Shown: positions 47,578-57,586 of the stretch, piece after piece | Numbering within the stretch: position 1 is the stretch's first letter | Layout of the letters: each line of letters begins with the position of its first letter | DNA from: Vulcanimicrobiota bacterium | Lineage (GTDB): Bacteria; Vulcanimicrobiota; Xenobia; Xenobiales; JADMJV01 | Assembly: GCA_050250895.1 (NCBI GenBank) | Contig: JBFWNU010000001.1 | Coordinates: 808,008 to 872,007, forward strand | Direction: 5' to 3' | Length of the DNA stretch: 64,000 bases | The notes under the pieces: generated by a model | Database searches by the model: none | The model's input: only the letters and a program-made list of their open reading frames with translations | Told to the model about the DNA's origin: nothing | Program-made: the position numbers and the translations under genes

Positions 47578-48294
47578 ATGGTGTTCAACAACGTATTCGG
47601 GGCCTTTCGGCGCCTACTGCCGGGCGGGGGCACACCCACCGACGAAAGGCGCGAGATCGTCCGGGTCAACTGCAAGCTCCCGGCTAGTTGCGAGATCGGG
47701 GGTGACAAGATCTCGGTGACGGTTGTCGACATGGGGTTGCGCGGCCTGCGCATCGAAAGCCCGAAACGCCTCGGTAAAGGCCGCAAGGTGACGGTCAGCC
47801 GACCCAACCACGGCGGCCCGGTCGAGTGCAAGGTAGTCTGGAGTTCGGCCAGACGGTTCGCCGAGGTCTTTCAGGCCGGCCTGCAATTCACCGACACCGT
47901 CGATAACATGCGTAAGTCCTGGATTAAAGGCACCCTCCAGCAATTGGGGTTCTCGCCCGGGCGAATCAAAGAAAAACGCAAACACATCCGCCTGCCAGCC
48001 GAACAACGGGCCACCATCCAGAACACTTCCGGAGATATCCTCACCGACGGAGTGGTCATCAATCTCGGGATTGGCGGCGCCCTGATAGCCCTGGACATCG
48101 AGGTGGCCAAGACGGTCCCCGTGGTCTTGGTGGTCGACCCTCTCGCGAATTTGGCGCCCCTCGAGATGCCCAGCGAAATCCGAAGCTGCTACCGCCCCAA
48201 GAATTCCAGACAATATTTTCACGGCCTTCGTTTTCACGATCAGGATAACGATCTGGTCAAGCGCTACCTCGCGGTCCTTTTGAAGGGCCACTGA
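47578..48294 (+). CDS. tandem PilZ-domain protein
   Basis: ERREIVR/DMGLRG and EKRKHIR/NLGIGG motifs. Confidence 0.85.
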   Translation: MVFNNVFGAFRRLLPGGGTPTDERREIVRVNCKLPASCEIGGDKISVTVVDMGLRGLRIESPKRLGKGRKVTVSRPNHGGPVECKVVWSSARRFAEVFQAGLQFTDTVDNMRKSWIKGTLQQLGFSPGRIKEKRKHIRLPAEQRATIQNTSGDILTDGVVINLGIGGALIALDIEVAKTVPVVLVVDPLANLAPLEMPSEIRSCYRPKNSRQYFHGLRFHDQDNDLVKRYLAVLLKGH

Positions 48295-49295
48295 TGAAAG
48301 ACCGTTTCGGCCGACCCCTCAAGAGCCTGCGCATCTCGGTCACGGACCGTTGCAACTTGCGCTGCCTGTACTGCATGCCCGAAGAGGAGTACGTCTGGCT
48401 CCGGCGTGACGACCTCCTGAGTTTCGAAGAACTCTCCGACACCGTGGACCACTTTCTCTCGTTGGGACTCGAGCGGGTCCGCCTCACCGGCGGTGAGCCG
48501 CTACTGCGCCGCAATCTGCCCCATCTGGTCGAGCTACTGAGTTCGAAACCCGCTCTGCGCGAGGTGGCCCTGACCACCAACGGGCTCCACCTGGCCCGTC
48601 ACGCCAGGTCGCTTTTCGAGGCTGGGCTGAGCCGCGTCACCGTCAGCCTGGACACTCTCTCGCCTGACCGATTCAAACGCCTGGCTCGGCGTCACAACCT
48701 CGAGGATGTGCTGGCCGGCATCGCGGCGGTGGCCCATACGCCGGGACTGAAATTCGACACGGTCGTGTTGGCCGACGAAAACGACCAGGAGTTGCCTCAA
48801 CTGCTCGAATTCGCCGCCCAGGTGGGAGCCGAGGCCCGTTTCATCGAGTACATGGATGTGGGCGGAGCTACTCAGTGGTCGCCCGGCCGTGTCGTCACGG
48901 CCAGCGAGATGCTGGCTCGCCTGGAGCGCGAGTTCGGGGCCATCACTCCCCTGCCCGCGCTCGATTCGGCGCCGGCCCGGCGCTATCGATTGGCCGATGG
49001 TCAAACCTTCGGAATCATTTCGTCGGTGAGCGAGCCGTTCTGCGCCAGTTGTGACCGCGCTCGACTGACTGCCGACGGCCAGCTCTTGCTCTGCCTGTAT
49101 GCCACCCGCGGACACGACTTACGGGGCTGGTTGCGGGGCGGCGAGGATGTCTCGGCCCGGCTCACCCAGGTGTGGTCGGCCCGCACCGACCGGGGCGCCG
49201 AACAGAGGGCTGCCCTGGAAAAACGGGGAACTTTCATCCCCATCGAAGAACTGCGTTGCGATCCACATCTAGAAATGCACACGCGAGGCGGATAG
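48294..49295 (+). CDS. moaA: GTP 3',8-cyclase
   Basis: LRISVTDRCNLRCLYCMP, TGGEP, FC.SCDR.RLT.DG..LCL motifs and C-terminal GG. Confidence 0.97.
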   Translation: MKDRFGRPLKSLRISVTDRCNLRCLYCMPEEEYVWLRRDDLLSFEELSDTVDHFLSLGLERVRLTGGEPLLRRNLPHLVELLSSKPALREVALTTNGLHLARHARSLFEAGLSRVTVSLDTLSPDRFKRLARRHNLEDVLAGIAAVAHTPGLKFDTVVLADENDQELPQLLEFAAQVGAEARFIEYMDVGGATQWSPGRVVTASEMLARLEREFGAITPLPALDSAPARRYRLADGQTFGIISSVSEPFCASCDRARLTADGQLLLCLYATRGHDLRGWLRGGEDVSARLTQVWSARTDRGAEQRAALEKRGTFIPIEELRCDPHLEMHTRGG

Positions 49296-49918
49296 TGGCC
49301 ACCGAATTACAAGCCTATCAAGAAATTCTCGATCGCCTCAAGCCCGCCCTCGACCAGGAAGGCCTCGAGGTCGAGTTGCTGGGGGTCGAGGACCAGACCC
49401 TCAATATCCGCGCCCGGCGCGTGGGTCCGGGCGTGCCCGTGGCGTTCATGGTGCGGGCCATCTCGGGGACGTTTCGCCGCTATCAGCCCGATATCCAGGA
49501 TGTCTGCCTGACCGAATACGACCCCGGTCCCGAGGACCTCAGGCCAACCAAGCCTTCGCCCGATTTCGAAAAGGTTCTCAACCACCGGCCCGCCAGTCCG
49601 ATCCCGCGGGCCCGAGGCATCCCCGGCGTGGACCTGTCGGGCCTGGACCGACGCCAGGCCGTGCGGGCGCTGGAAGCTTTCATCCGCTCCTGGTCACGAC
49701 GAAGCAAGCGCCTGCGCGTGTTAGGGCTCGAAGAAGAGCAGCCGCGACGGGCAGCCGAGAAGTGGGCATCCTATTACGAGCAAGAGTTTCATCGGATAAG
49801 AAAGGACGAAGATCAGCCCGGCGCCTGGACTATTGAACTCGAGGAGGGACTCGAGGCGGTCACCCCTGACGACCTCGTCGAAGTCATTCCGGGCAAAGTC
49901 TTCCTGGTCGAGCCATGA
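49295..49918 (+). CDS. hypothetical protein with NifU-C-like N-terminus lacking CxxC
   Basis: GTG overlapping the moaA stop; ILDRLKPALDQEGLEVELLGVE pattern. Confidence 0.65.
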   Translation: MATELQAYQEILDRLKPALDQEGLEVELLGVEDQTLNIRARRVGPGVPVAFMVRAISGTFRRYQPDIQDVCLTEYDPGPEDLRPTKPSPDFEKVLNHRPASPIPRARGIPGVDLSGLDRRQAVRALEAFIRSWSRRSKRLRVLGLEEEQPRRAAEKWASYYEQEFHRIRKDEDQPGAWTIELEEGLEAVTPDDLVEVIPGKVFLVEP

Positions 49919-50445
49919 GCGAAAAAGAAAGCCAACAAGAACCAGCTTCCCAGGGTGCCGGATTTCGCATTCTGTTGATCGTCACACTACTGGTGATGCT
50001 TTTCAACATGCGTCCGGGGGCGGTTGCCAACCAGAAGATCGGGGAGTGTGAAAGCCACCTCAAGTCGCTGGGGATCGCGCTGGAAAAATATGCCTATCGG
50101 CACAACGGGACCTATCCGGACAAGCTTCAGGAACTGGTTCCCGACTACATCGAGGCCCTCCCGACCTGCCCCGCCGCCCGCCAGGACAGCTACTCGCCCG
50201 GCTACGAGAAACACGAAGGTGGCGGGTATCGCCTGGTCTGCAAAGGAGAAAACCATGGCGATCTCGACATCCCCGCGGACTATCCGAGGATAAATTCTCC
50301 CCAGCTTGAAAATTCCTTAAGTGAAGAAAAATCCCAAGCAGAGTCGCCCGCCCCTCAAGAATCGCCAACGCCCGAAGAGTCGCCCACCCTTGATGACTCC
50401 GAGCGAGCGCCAGAAAATCATTTGCAGCCTGCTGATCCTCAGTAG
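49915..50445 (+). CDS. pilin/pseudopilin (GspG-like) domain protein
   Basis: TM segment, then CESHLKSLGIALEKY...G.YPDKL.ELVPDYI.ALP.CP; acidic Pro-rich tail. Confidence 0.7.
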   Translation: MSEKESQQEPASQGAGFRILLIVTLLVMLFNMRPGAVANQKIGECESHLKSLGIALEKYAYRHNGTYPDKLQELVPDYIEALPTCPAARQDSYSPGYEKHEGGGYRLVCKGENHGDLDIPADYPRINSPQLENSLSEEKSQAESPAPQESPTPEESPTLDDSERAPENHLQPADPQ

Positions 50446-50607
50446 CTTTTTCCTCTTCCTGGGCTACGCCTCTGGTGCTCTGACGGCGCGCTCCTCGGGT
50501 CAGGGAATGTGTTTGTTGGTGCGCGACGCGGGTGGCACCGAGCGCGTGGCCCTGACTGTCTCTTCGTCTCGCTGGCCAAAACTCAGCGTATATGCGGCCA
50601 GTGGGGT

Positions 50608-53133
50608 TCAGGTGCTGGGCACGCGCGAATAGACCGCCAACGTCGCCGGCCCCAGTTCAAACTGGCGAGTGGCTCGATGCGCGAGCCGGCCTCGACCGCC
50701 GAAGCGCCGCTCTTCACTGGATAGAAGCAAGTCCCAACTGCCATCGATGCTCACCTCGGCCTTCTTCGACCCGAGGTTGACCAGCAGCAAACAGTGGCCG
50801 CGCCGCAGCGCCAGCACTCCCCGACTTCCGTCCACCCAGAGCGGTTGGGCCGGCACTCGTGCCCGCAAATCGCTGCGCTGGCGACGCAGGCCCAGCATCG
50901 CCTGAAAGTAGACAAAATGTCGCCAGCGTGGCCCGCGGCGGCGTTCCCACCAATCCCAGCCCAGGTCCCAGCTGTGAGGTAGTCCCCAGGAAAAGTAATT
51001 GCTGGCGAGGTTCTCGGTGCCCTGAAAAAAGATGGGAATGCCCGGAGCCAGCAGGCCCAGCCCGCACACCACCCTGGCCAGGGCCAGACTGCGACTATCC
51101 GAGCCGTGGCCCTGGCTGGCCACACCGATAATCCGCTTGGCGTTGCCGACCTCGTCGTGGTTGGACAGCACCGTGATGCTTTGCAGGTAGTCCGAGAAAC
51201 CTTCGGGCTCGGTCAGATGGTCGACGAAACGCTCCAGTGACATCGGTTGGCCCGTCGCCGCTTGCTGTAGCACCGAGGGGCGATGATGGTCATACACCAA
51301 TCGATGCTGGAACTCCGTGTTCCACATGCCGTCAAAGCCGGCGCCGCCCTCACCGTGCCCCCCGGCCGGGGTGGCGATGATGGGGTGCTGAGGGAACTCC
51401 TCAGCATAAGTCAGCGCCTCCGGAAAAAAACGCCGCACGGTCCGGTGCATCCGGCGCAACATCGACCACCCCGCCGAGCCTCCGCCGCTCCGGTTATGGA
51501 TCAGATGGGTAAAATCGAAGCGGATACCGTCGAAACCAAACTCGTGTAACTGGCCCAGGGCGTGATCGATGAAGAACTGGGCCACGGCCTTCTTACTATA
51601 GGCCGGGATGGGTCCCCAGGGGGTGTGCCTGGTGGTGTCTCGCCGGTTCTGGCTGCGGGCCTCGGCGGTAGCCGAGGGGAAGCGTGGCAAAGGCTTGCTC
51701 AGGGCCGGGTCGGGCTCGACCTGGTGCTCCCACTCGAACCAGGAATTGCGCTTGCCGTCGAATTCCCAGAGGTTGTTATGGTCGCCCCCGATGTGATTGT
51801 AGACTACATCGTTGAGGACCTTGATGCCGCGACCGTGGGCGGCATCGATGAAGCGCTTGAGGGCCAGAGCCCCGTCCACCCAGCCGTGCTCGTCGAAATA
51901 GCCGTAGTTCTGGCTGACTCCCAGACTGGCCGTGCCCGTGTAGCCCCAGTCGCGATGCCCTTCGAAGGTGTTGGTCGGCAACAACTCGATGGCGTTGACG
52001 CCCAGTTGCTCGAAATAGTCCAGATGCTCCAGCAGATCGCCCAGATGCGAGGAACGGCGATTTCCAAAGGCGCCCCGCCAGGAGCCAATGTGAAGCTGAT
52101 AGACCACCATTTCTTCGGGACCGAAGCTCGGCTTGGGATGGCACCAGCGAAATTCTTCTCGAGGCGGAACCAAACCCAGGGCCGGCCACAGGTGCAGGTC
52201 GCGCAACTCGGTTCGCCAGCGGTCGTGGTGGGCTCGTCCCTCAGCGTCTACCAAAGCATATTCAAGACCCACCAGGGTCTCGGGGCGAGGCACCAGCACC
52301 GACCAGGTGGGACCTTTCCCGGCCAGTTCGATCCGACCATCGGCCCCCACCCGATCCCGCCAGAAGGCCTCCTGCGCCCGGGCCGCCAGGGCGCGCCCTC
52401 GCCCCGACAAACGCTCCCTGAGCTGGGACGCCGACAGTGCCCGCCCGTGGTGATGATGAAAGCTCAGCCAGACCGGACCGGTGGAGCTGACTGCCTCGAA
52501 ACGCAAGAACCGCTCCATCGGTACCTTGGCATAGCGGTGAACGACCCGTCCGGAGGGCTTCTCGAGGTACACCTCGCACACGCCGCGCTGAGGGCCCTGG
52601 AAAGACCGCGCGTAGGGATCGCTGCGCACCACCCGGTCGCCCTCGGCGGTGACCAGCTCGAAGCCGTAAGCACACCCCTCGAAAACTCGCCCGTCGGCCA
52701 GCCGGGCGAACCAGAACTCCCCTTGCCGCTCGAGCCCGAACCGATTCTGCCGGGGGCCTTCAAAGAACAGCTCGACCGCTTGGGCGTGAGGTGCCCACAG
52801 CCTCACTTCAAGTGCTCTGCCGTGCCAGCAAAGGCCCAGGCTGGTCAGCCCGCTGACCTGATACTGTTGCTGACCCGAAGCCTCGTCCAGCCGAAACGCC
52901 AGGGGTTCTTCCTCGAACAGCATCCAGCCCTGCGGACCGCGCACGCCCCACTGAAAGAGCTGACCGGGCCGGCCCGTCAGCTTGCGACTAGCCCGCCAGC
53001 ACCCGTCCGACCCTCGCTTCATGGAACTTGCCGTCCAGCTCTCTGAAAAACGTCCACGGCGATTCCATGAACCGATCAACTCCAGATCGGCGGTGGGTAG
53101 TCCCCCCGGGTCATAGCAAAAGTCGACCTGCAT
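50608..53133 (-). CDS. GH13 glycoside hydrolase (TreZ/branching-enzyme-like)
   Basis: WAPHA, DPYA, WGY, DVVYNH, GIRFD, AEE and NHDE motifs; ATG 53133. Confidence 0.88.
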   Translation of the reverse strand: MQVDFCYDPGGLPTADLELIGSWNRRGRFSESWTASSMKRGSDGCWRASRKLTGRPGQLFQWGVRGPQGWMLFEEEPLAFRLDEASGQQQYQVSGLTSLGLCWHGRALEVRLWAPHAQAVELFFEGPRQNRFGLERQGEFWFARLADGRVFEGCAYGFELVTAEGDRVVRSDPYARSFQGPQRGVCEVYLEKPSGRVVHRYAKVPMERFLRFEAVSSTGPVWLSFHHHHGRALSASQLRERLSGRGRALAARAQEAFWRDRVGADGRIELAGKGPTWSVLVPRPETLVGLEYALVDAEGRAHHDRWRTELRDLHLWPALGLVPPREEFRWCHPKPSFGPEEMVVYQLHIGSWRGAFGNRRSSHLGDLLEHLDYFEQLGVNAIELLPTNTFEGHRDWGYTGTASLGVSQNYGYFDEHGWVDGALALKRFIDAAHGRGIKVLNDVVYNHIGGDHNNLWEFDGKRNSWFEWEHQVEPDPALSKPLPRFPSATAEARSQNRRDTTRHTPWGPIPAYSKKAVAQFFIDHALGQLHEFGFDGIRFDFTHLIHNRSGGGSAGWSMLRRMHRTVRRFFPEALTYAEEFPQHPIIATPAGGHGEGGAGFDGMWNTEFQHRLVYDHHRPSVLQQAATGQPMSLERFVDHLTEPEGFSDYLQSITVLSNHDEVGNAKRIIGVASQGHGSDSRSLALARVVCGLGLLAPGIPIFFQGTENLASNYFSWGLPHSWDLGWDWWERRRGPRWRHFVYFQAMLGLRRQRSDLRARVPAQPLWVDGSRGVLALRRGHCLLLVNLGSKKAEVSIDGSWDLLLSSEERRFGGRGRLAHRATRQFELGPATLAVYSRVPST

Positions 53134-53218
53134 ACGAATCTGCCCGGTTCCGGGTCGTGGCGCCAATCCCTCCACACCCTTCGGGGGAACTTTGGCCGCC
53201 CTTTCGAAGCAGCTTGGC

Positions 53219-53677
53219 ATGCGCAAATGTCCGGCCTGCCAGGACACCATCATGCTCGACTATGGCGATGACGAGTCGGCTCTGGTCATCGACTCTTGTC
53301 CGGAGTGTTTCGGACTCTGGTTTGATGGCGAAGAGCTTAGCCGCTTTTTTCAGAGCCCGCGATTGTCCCAGCATATTCTCGAGGAAGACGCGATTCCTGA
53401 CGTGCCTTCACCGAGCAGACCCGCCGAGACGCGAACCTGCCCCCAATGCCAAACCCCCTTGCGGCCTTCGCTGTTGGGCGATGTCAACCTCGACTACTGC
53501 GAGACTTGCCAGGGTATCTGGCTCGATCACGGCGAGCTCAACCGGGTGGTCGAGCTTTACAATTCGGGCCAACGAGGCAATCTGGTGGTGGTCAACCAAC
53601 TGGCCGAAGGGCTGCGGGCCGAGAAGCGGCGCCAGAGCTTTCTCCGGGCAGCCCTCTGGTTGTTCAGCGGAGACTAA
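53219..53677 (+). CDS. double zf-TFIIB-like zinc-ribbon protein
   Basis: Two CPxC...D.C..C.G.W.D.GEL units. Confidence 0.85.
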   Translation: MRKCPACQDTIMLDYGDDESALVIDSCPECFGLWFDGEELSRFFQSPRLSQHILEEDAIPDVPSPSRPAETRTCPQCQTPLRPSLLGDVNLDYCETCQGIWLDHGELNRVVELYNSGQRGNLVVVNQLAEGLRAEKRRQSFLRAALWLFSGD

Positions 53678-53718
53678 GCCGCGAAGGTTGCCCCCGGGCC
53701 GAGCTAGAATCGTCTCCG

Positions 53719-54861
53719 ATGCGCCCTGTGATCGTCTTACTGGCTCTAGTGCTGCTAGCTACCCCGGTCGGTGGTGAGCCTGCGCCCAACCCCGTCAACG
53801 CCTTCTCGGCCGAACTCTCTGGCCAGTTGCACGCCGGCCAGGATAACCTTGTCTTGTCACCCTATTCCATCGAGTGCGCCATGGCGGCCCTGGGGCTGGG
53901 CACCCGGGGCGAAACCGCTGACGAACTCTGGAAAGCTCTGCATTTAAATCCAGACCATCTAAAAGACTTCGCTCAGACCACGAGCGAGATGGCCGCCCGT
54001 AACAACGGGCCCAAGGCCGAGTGGGTGGTGGCCAACGCCCTCTGGACCTCGCTCCAGGAACCACCTTTGCCGGGCTACGTTGAACAGGTGAAGCAGAACT
54101 TTGGCGCCGAGGTCCGGGCGCTCGACTTTGGCCAGGCCGAACAAGCCAGAAAGACCATCAACAGCTGGGTGAGCCAAGCCACCCGTGAGAAGATCATCGA
54201 CTTATTGCCGACCGGAGCCATCGACGGCTCGGTGCGACTGGTCATCACCAACGCAGTCTACTTTAAAGCCAACTGGAAGAGTCCATTCGACCCGAAACTG
54301 ACCCAGCCTCGGCCCTTTCGCTCGACCCAGGGCCCCCAGGAGGTGCCCACCATGACCCAGCGAGCCACCTTCGAACTGGCCACCGGGCGCGACTTCCAGG
54401 CCCTCATCTTGCCCTACGCCGAGAGCGAAGTGGTGGCTGTGGTCGTCTTGCCGTCGGAGGACGACGGCCTCGACCCGGTGGTCAAGAGCTTCGAGCCCTC
54501 CAGTCTGGGCAACATCTTGCGAACCGGCGAGCCCACTGATTTGAGGGTCTGGCTGCCTCGCTTCACCCTGCGCTCTACCACCAACCTGATACCTGTCTTT
54601 GAGCGGCTTGGGGTAAAACGCATCTTTGGGGGGGGCGACTTGAGCGGTCTGACCGGAAAGCCCGGTCTGTTCGTCAGCCTCATCATCCATCAGGCTTTTG
54701 TCGAAGTGAACGAGGCTGGCACCGAGGCCGCGGCGGCCACGGCGGTGGGAGTTTCTCGCTCGATGCCGACGGAATTCAAGGTCGACCATCCCTTCCTATT
54801 TTTGTTGGTGGATCGCCCTTCGGGCACCATTCTCTTCTCGGGGCAGGTTCGCAAAATCTGA
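53719..54861 (+). CDS. secreted serpin
   Basis: Signal peptide; SPYSI, IN.WV...T..KI, NAVYFK..W, EAGTEAAAAT hinge and F..DHPF motifs. Confidence 0.95.
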   Translation: MRPVIVLLALVLLATPVGGEPAPNPVNAFSAELSGQLHAGQDNLVLSPYSIECAMAALGLGTRGETADELWKALHLNPDHLKDFAQTTSEMAARNNGPKAEWVVANALWTSLQEPPLPGYVEQVKQNFGAEVRALDFGQAEQARKTINSWVSQATREKIIDLLPTGAIDGSVRLVITNAVYFKANWKSPFDPKLTQPRPFRSTQGPQEVPTMTQRATFELATGRDFQALILPYAESEVVAVVVLPSEDDGLDPVVKSFEPSSLGNILRTGEPTDLRVWLPRFTLRSTTNLIPVFERLGVKRIFGGGDLSGLTGKPGLFVSLIIHQAFVEVNEAGTEAAAATAVGVSRSMPTEFKVDHPFLFLLVDRPSGTILFSGQVRKI

Positions 54862-54897
54862 AAAGGATCGTCCTGACCGGATCAGGAACCCCGAGCG

Positions 54898-57120
54898 ATG
54901 ACCCAAGAGACCATCGGAACCTCGGTTCCTCGCAAAGAGGGCTGGAAGAAGCTCACCGGCGAGGCGGTCTACATCGACGACCTTCGCTTTGACGACATGA
55001 TCTATGGCGCCACCATCCGCAGCCGGGTGGCCCGGGGCAAGATCCAGAAAATCGCCTTCACGGGAGACCTCCCCTGGGACGAATTCACGGTGGTGACGGC
55101 CGACGACATACCCGGCCTCAATATCGTCAAGCTGCTGGTCGACGATCAGCCCTTTCTGGCTAAAGATCGCATCAACCACCCCGACGAACCGGTGGTGCTC
55201 ATCGCCCACCCCAACAAGCATCTAGTGGCGCGCGCTCGCGAACACGTCGAGATCGTCGTCGAACAAGAACCCGGTGTGTTCACCATCGAAGACTCGCTGG
55301 CCCAAAAGCATATCATCTGGGGTCAGGACAACATCCTCAAGACCATCGTCATCGAGAAGGGCGAAGTCGCCTCGGTCTGGGACCAGGCCGACATCATCAT
55401 CGAAGGCACTTATACCACCGGTGCATCCGAGCAGCTCTACATCGAAAATAACGGCATGATCGCCACCTTTAACGCCGACGAGGGAGTGACCGTGTGGGGC
55501 TCGATGCAATGCCCCTACTACGTCCATCCGGGGCTGTGCTCGCTCTTTGGCCTGCCCAAGGCCAAGATCCGCGTCATTCAAACCGAGACCGGCGGGGGTT
55601 TCGGAGGCAAGGAAGAGTATCCCACCCTGGTGGCCGGCCACGCCGCTTTGCTGGCGATGAAATCCGGCCGGCCGGTTAAACTGGTCTATGACCGCGAAGA
55701 GGACATGGCTGCGACTACCAAACGCCACCCGTCGCGCACCCACCACAAGACAGCCCTCACCAGGGACGGCAAGCTGTTGGCCATGGAAGTCGACTTTGTG
55801 CTGGATGGGGGCGCTTACGTCACCTTGAGCCCGGTGGTGCTCTCGCGAGGCAGCATCCACGCGGCCGGACCTTATCGGTGCGACCACGTGCGCATTCACG
55901 GGCGAGCGGTAGCCACCAACACTCCCCCCCACGGGGCCTATCGAGGCTTCGGCAACCCTCAGTGCTTCTTCGCGGTCGAGCGCCACATGGACAAGATCGC
56001 CCGCGAACTGGGTCTGGCCCCCGAAGAGTTACGACGTCGCAACTTCCTCAAGGACGGCGACACCACCGCCACCGGCCAGGTGGTTCGCGACGGGGTCGAC
56101 ATGGGTCAGTTGATGGACGAGACGCTGGCCGCCATCGGCTATCATGAGAAGCGCCAGCGCTTCGCCAGAGAAAACACCGGCCCGGTCAAGCGAGGGGTCG
56201 GCATGGCCGCCTTCTTCCACGGCTCGGGCTTCACCGGCGGAGGCGAGAAGAAGCTGGCTTCGGTGGCCGGCATCGAGGGCACGGCCGAAGGCAAGGTGCG
56301 GGTGCTGGCGGCCAGCACCGAGATCGGCCAGGGCACCAACACCATCTTCAGCCAGATCGTGGCCGACACCCTCGAGTTACCCTACGAGATGATCGAAGTG
56401 GCCCAGCCCGACACCGACAACGTCCCTAACAGCGGACCAACGGTGGCCTCGCGCACCTGCATGGTGGTGGGCAAGTTGATCGAAACGGCGGCCATCAGCC
56501 TCAAACAGACCCTGGTTCAAGAGGGCGGCCTGGACGAGGTCTATACGCCCGAGCAATTCGCCGCCGCCTGTCAGGCCTATGTCAAAGCGCACGGCCAACT
56601 GAGGCGCTATTCGCAATACCAGCAGCCGGCCAACATCCGTTGGAGCGACGAGACCTATCAAGGGGACGCCTACGCGGCGTATGGTTGGGCCATCTACGTG
56701 GCCGAAGTCAGCGTCGACACCCGCACCTTCGAGACTCGAGTGGACGACTTCGTGGCCATGCAAGAGATCGGCCGCATCGTCAACCCGATTATGGCCGAAG
56801 GCCAGGTCCAGGGCGGAGTGGCTCAAGGCATCGGCTACGCCCTCTACGAGAACGTCGTCTATCACGACGGTCAGGTCAAGAACAACCAGATGACCAACTA
56901 CATCATGCCGACCGCGGCCGACCTGCCCGTCATCCGCGTAATGTTCCATGAGGTTCCGTATGCCGGTGGCCCAAGAGGGGCCAAAGGGGTCGGAGAATTG
57001 CCCATCGACGGCCCGGCACCGGCCATTCTGAGCGCCGTCGAAAACGCGGTGGGAGTCAGCGTGAACCACATTCCCGCCACCCCCGAAGTCTTGATGAAAG
57101 AGATGGTAGTCCATGTCTGA
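54898..57120 (+). CDS. xanthine dehydrogenase family molybdopterin-binding subunit
   Basis: GGGFGGK, AYRGFG, EIGQG, ASR and GAKGVGE motifs. Confidence 0.93.
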   Translation: MTQETIGTSVPRKEGWKKLTGEAVYIDDLRFDDMIYGATIRSRVARGKIQKIAFTGDLPWDEFTVVTADDIPGLNIVKLLVDDQPFLAKDRINHPDEPVVLIAHPNKHLVARAREHVEIVVEQEPGVFTIEDSLAQKHIIWGQDNILKTIVIEKGEVASVWDQADIIIEGTYTTGASEQLYIENNGMIATFNADEGVTVWGSMQCPYYVHPGLCSLFGLPKAKIRVIQTETGGGFGGKEEYPTLVAGHAALLAMKSGRPVKLVYDREEDMAATTKRHPSRTHHKTALTRDGKLLAMEVDFVLDGGAYVTLSPVVLSRGSIHAAGPYRCDHVRIHGRAVATNTPPHGAYRGFGNPQCFFAVERHMDKIARELGLAPEELRRRNFLKDGDTTATGQVVRDGVDMGQLMDETLAAIGYHEKRQRFARENTGPVKRGVGMAAFFHGSGFTGGGEKKLASVAGIEGTAEGKVRVLAASTEIGQGTNTIFSQIVADTLELPYEMIEVAQPDTDNVPNSGPTVASRTCMVVGKLIETAAISLKQTLVQEGGLDEVYTPEQFAAACQAYVKAHGQLRRYSQYQQPANIRWSDETYQGDAYAAYGWAIYVAEVSVDTRTFETRVDDFVAMQEIGRIVNPIMAEGQVQGGVAQGIGYALYENVVYHDGQVKNNQMTNYIMPTAADLPVIRVMFHEVPYAGGPRGAKGVGELPIDGPAPAILSAVENAVGVSVNHIPATPEVLMKEMVVHV

Positions 57121-57586
57121 GGTCGACAAAGTCAAAGTCCGCTTCGAGGTCAACAATGAGGCCCGCGAAGTCGAGACCTATCCCATGGCGCGGTTGCTCG
57201 ACGTGCTGCGCGAAGAGCTACGCTTGACCGGCGCCAAGGAGGGATGTGGCGAGGGCGAATGCGGTTCTTGCTCGGTGTTGCTGGACGGGCAGGTGGTCAA
57301 CAGCTGTCTGATCCCGATCTTGCAGCTCGAGGGCCGCTCGGTGACCACCATCGAGGCTCTCGGCAAAGACCCGCTCGGGCGTCGTATTCAAGAGTCTTTT
57401 CTTGAAAACAACGGTGCCCAATGCGGCATCTGTACCCCTGGCATGCTGATGGCCAGCTACCATCTGCTCAAGCGCAACCCCAACCCCAGCCTGGAAGAGA
57501 TCAAAGACGGGCTGGCCGGCAACCTGTGCCGCTGCACCGGTTATAAAAAGATCTTCGATTCGGTTGCCGAGGTGGCCAAGCCGTGA
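57113..57586 (+). CDS. xanthine dehydrogenase family 2Fe-2S subunit
   Basis: GCGEGECGSC, QCGICTPG and NLCRCTGY motifs. Confidence 0.95.
   Translation: MSEVDKVKVRFEVNNEAREVETYPMARLLDVLREELRLTGAKEGCGEGECGSCSVLLDGQVVNSCLIPILQLEGRSVTTIEALGKDPLGRRIQESFLENNGAQCGICTPGMLMASYHLLKRNPNPSLEEIKDGLAGNLCRCTGYKKIFDSVAEVAKP

Noticed and set aside
50321-50632. Small ORF with a hydrophobic segment (possible start 50393)
   Set aside because: It overlaps both neighbours and has no clear RBS or motif; cannot be supported, though not excluded.
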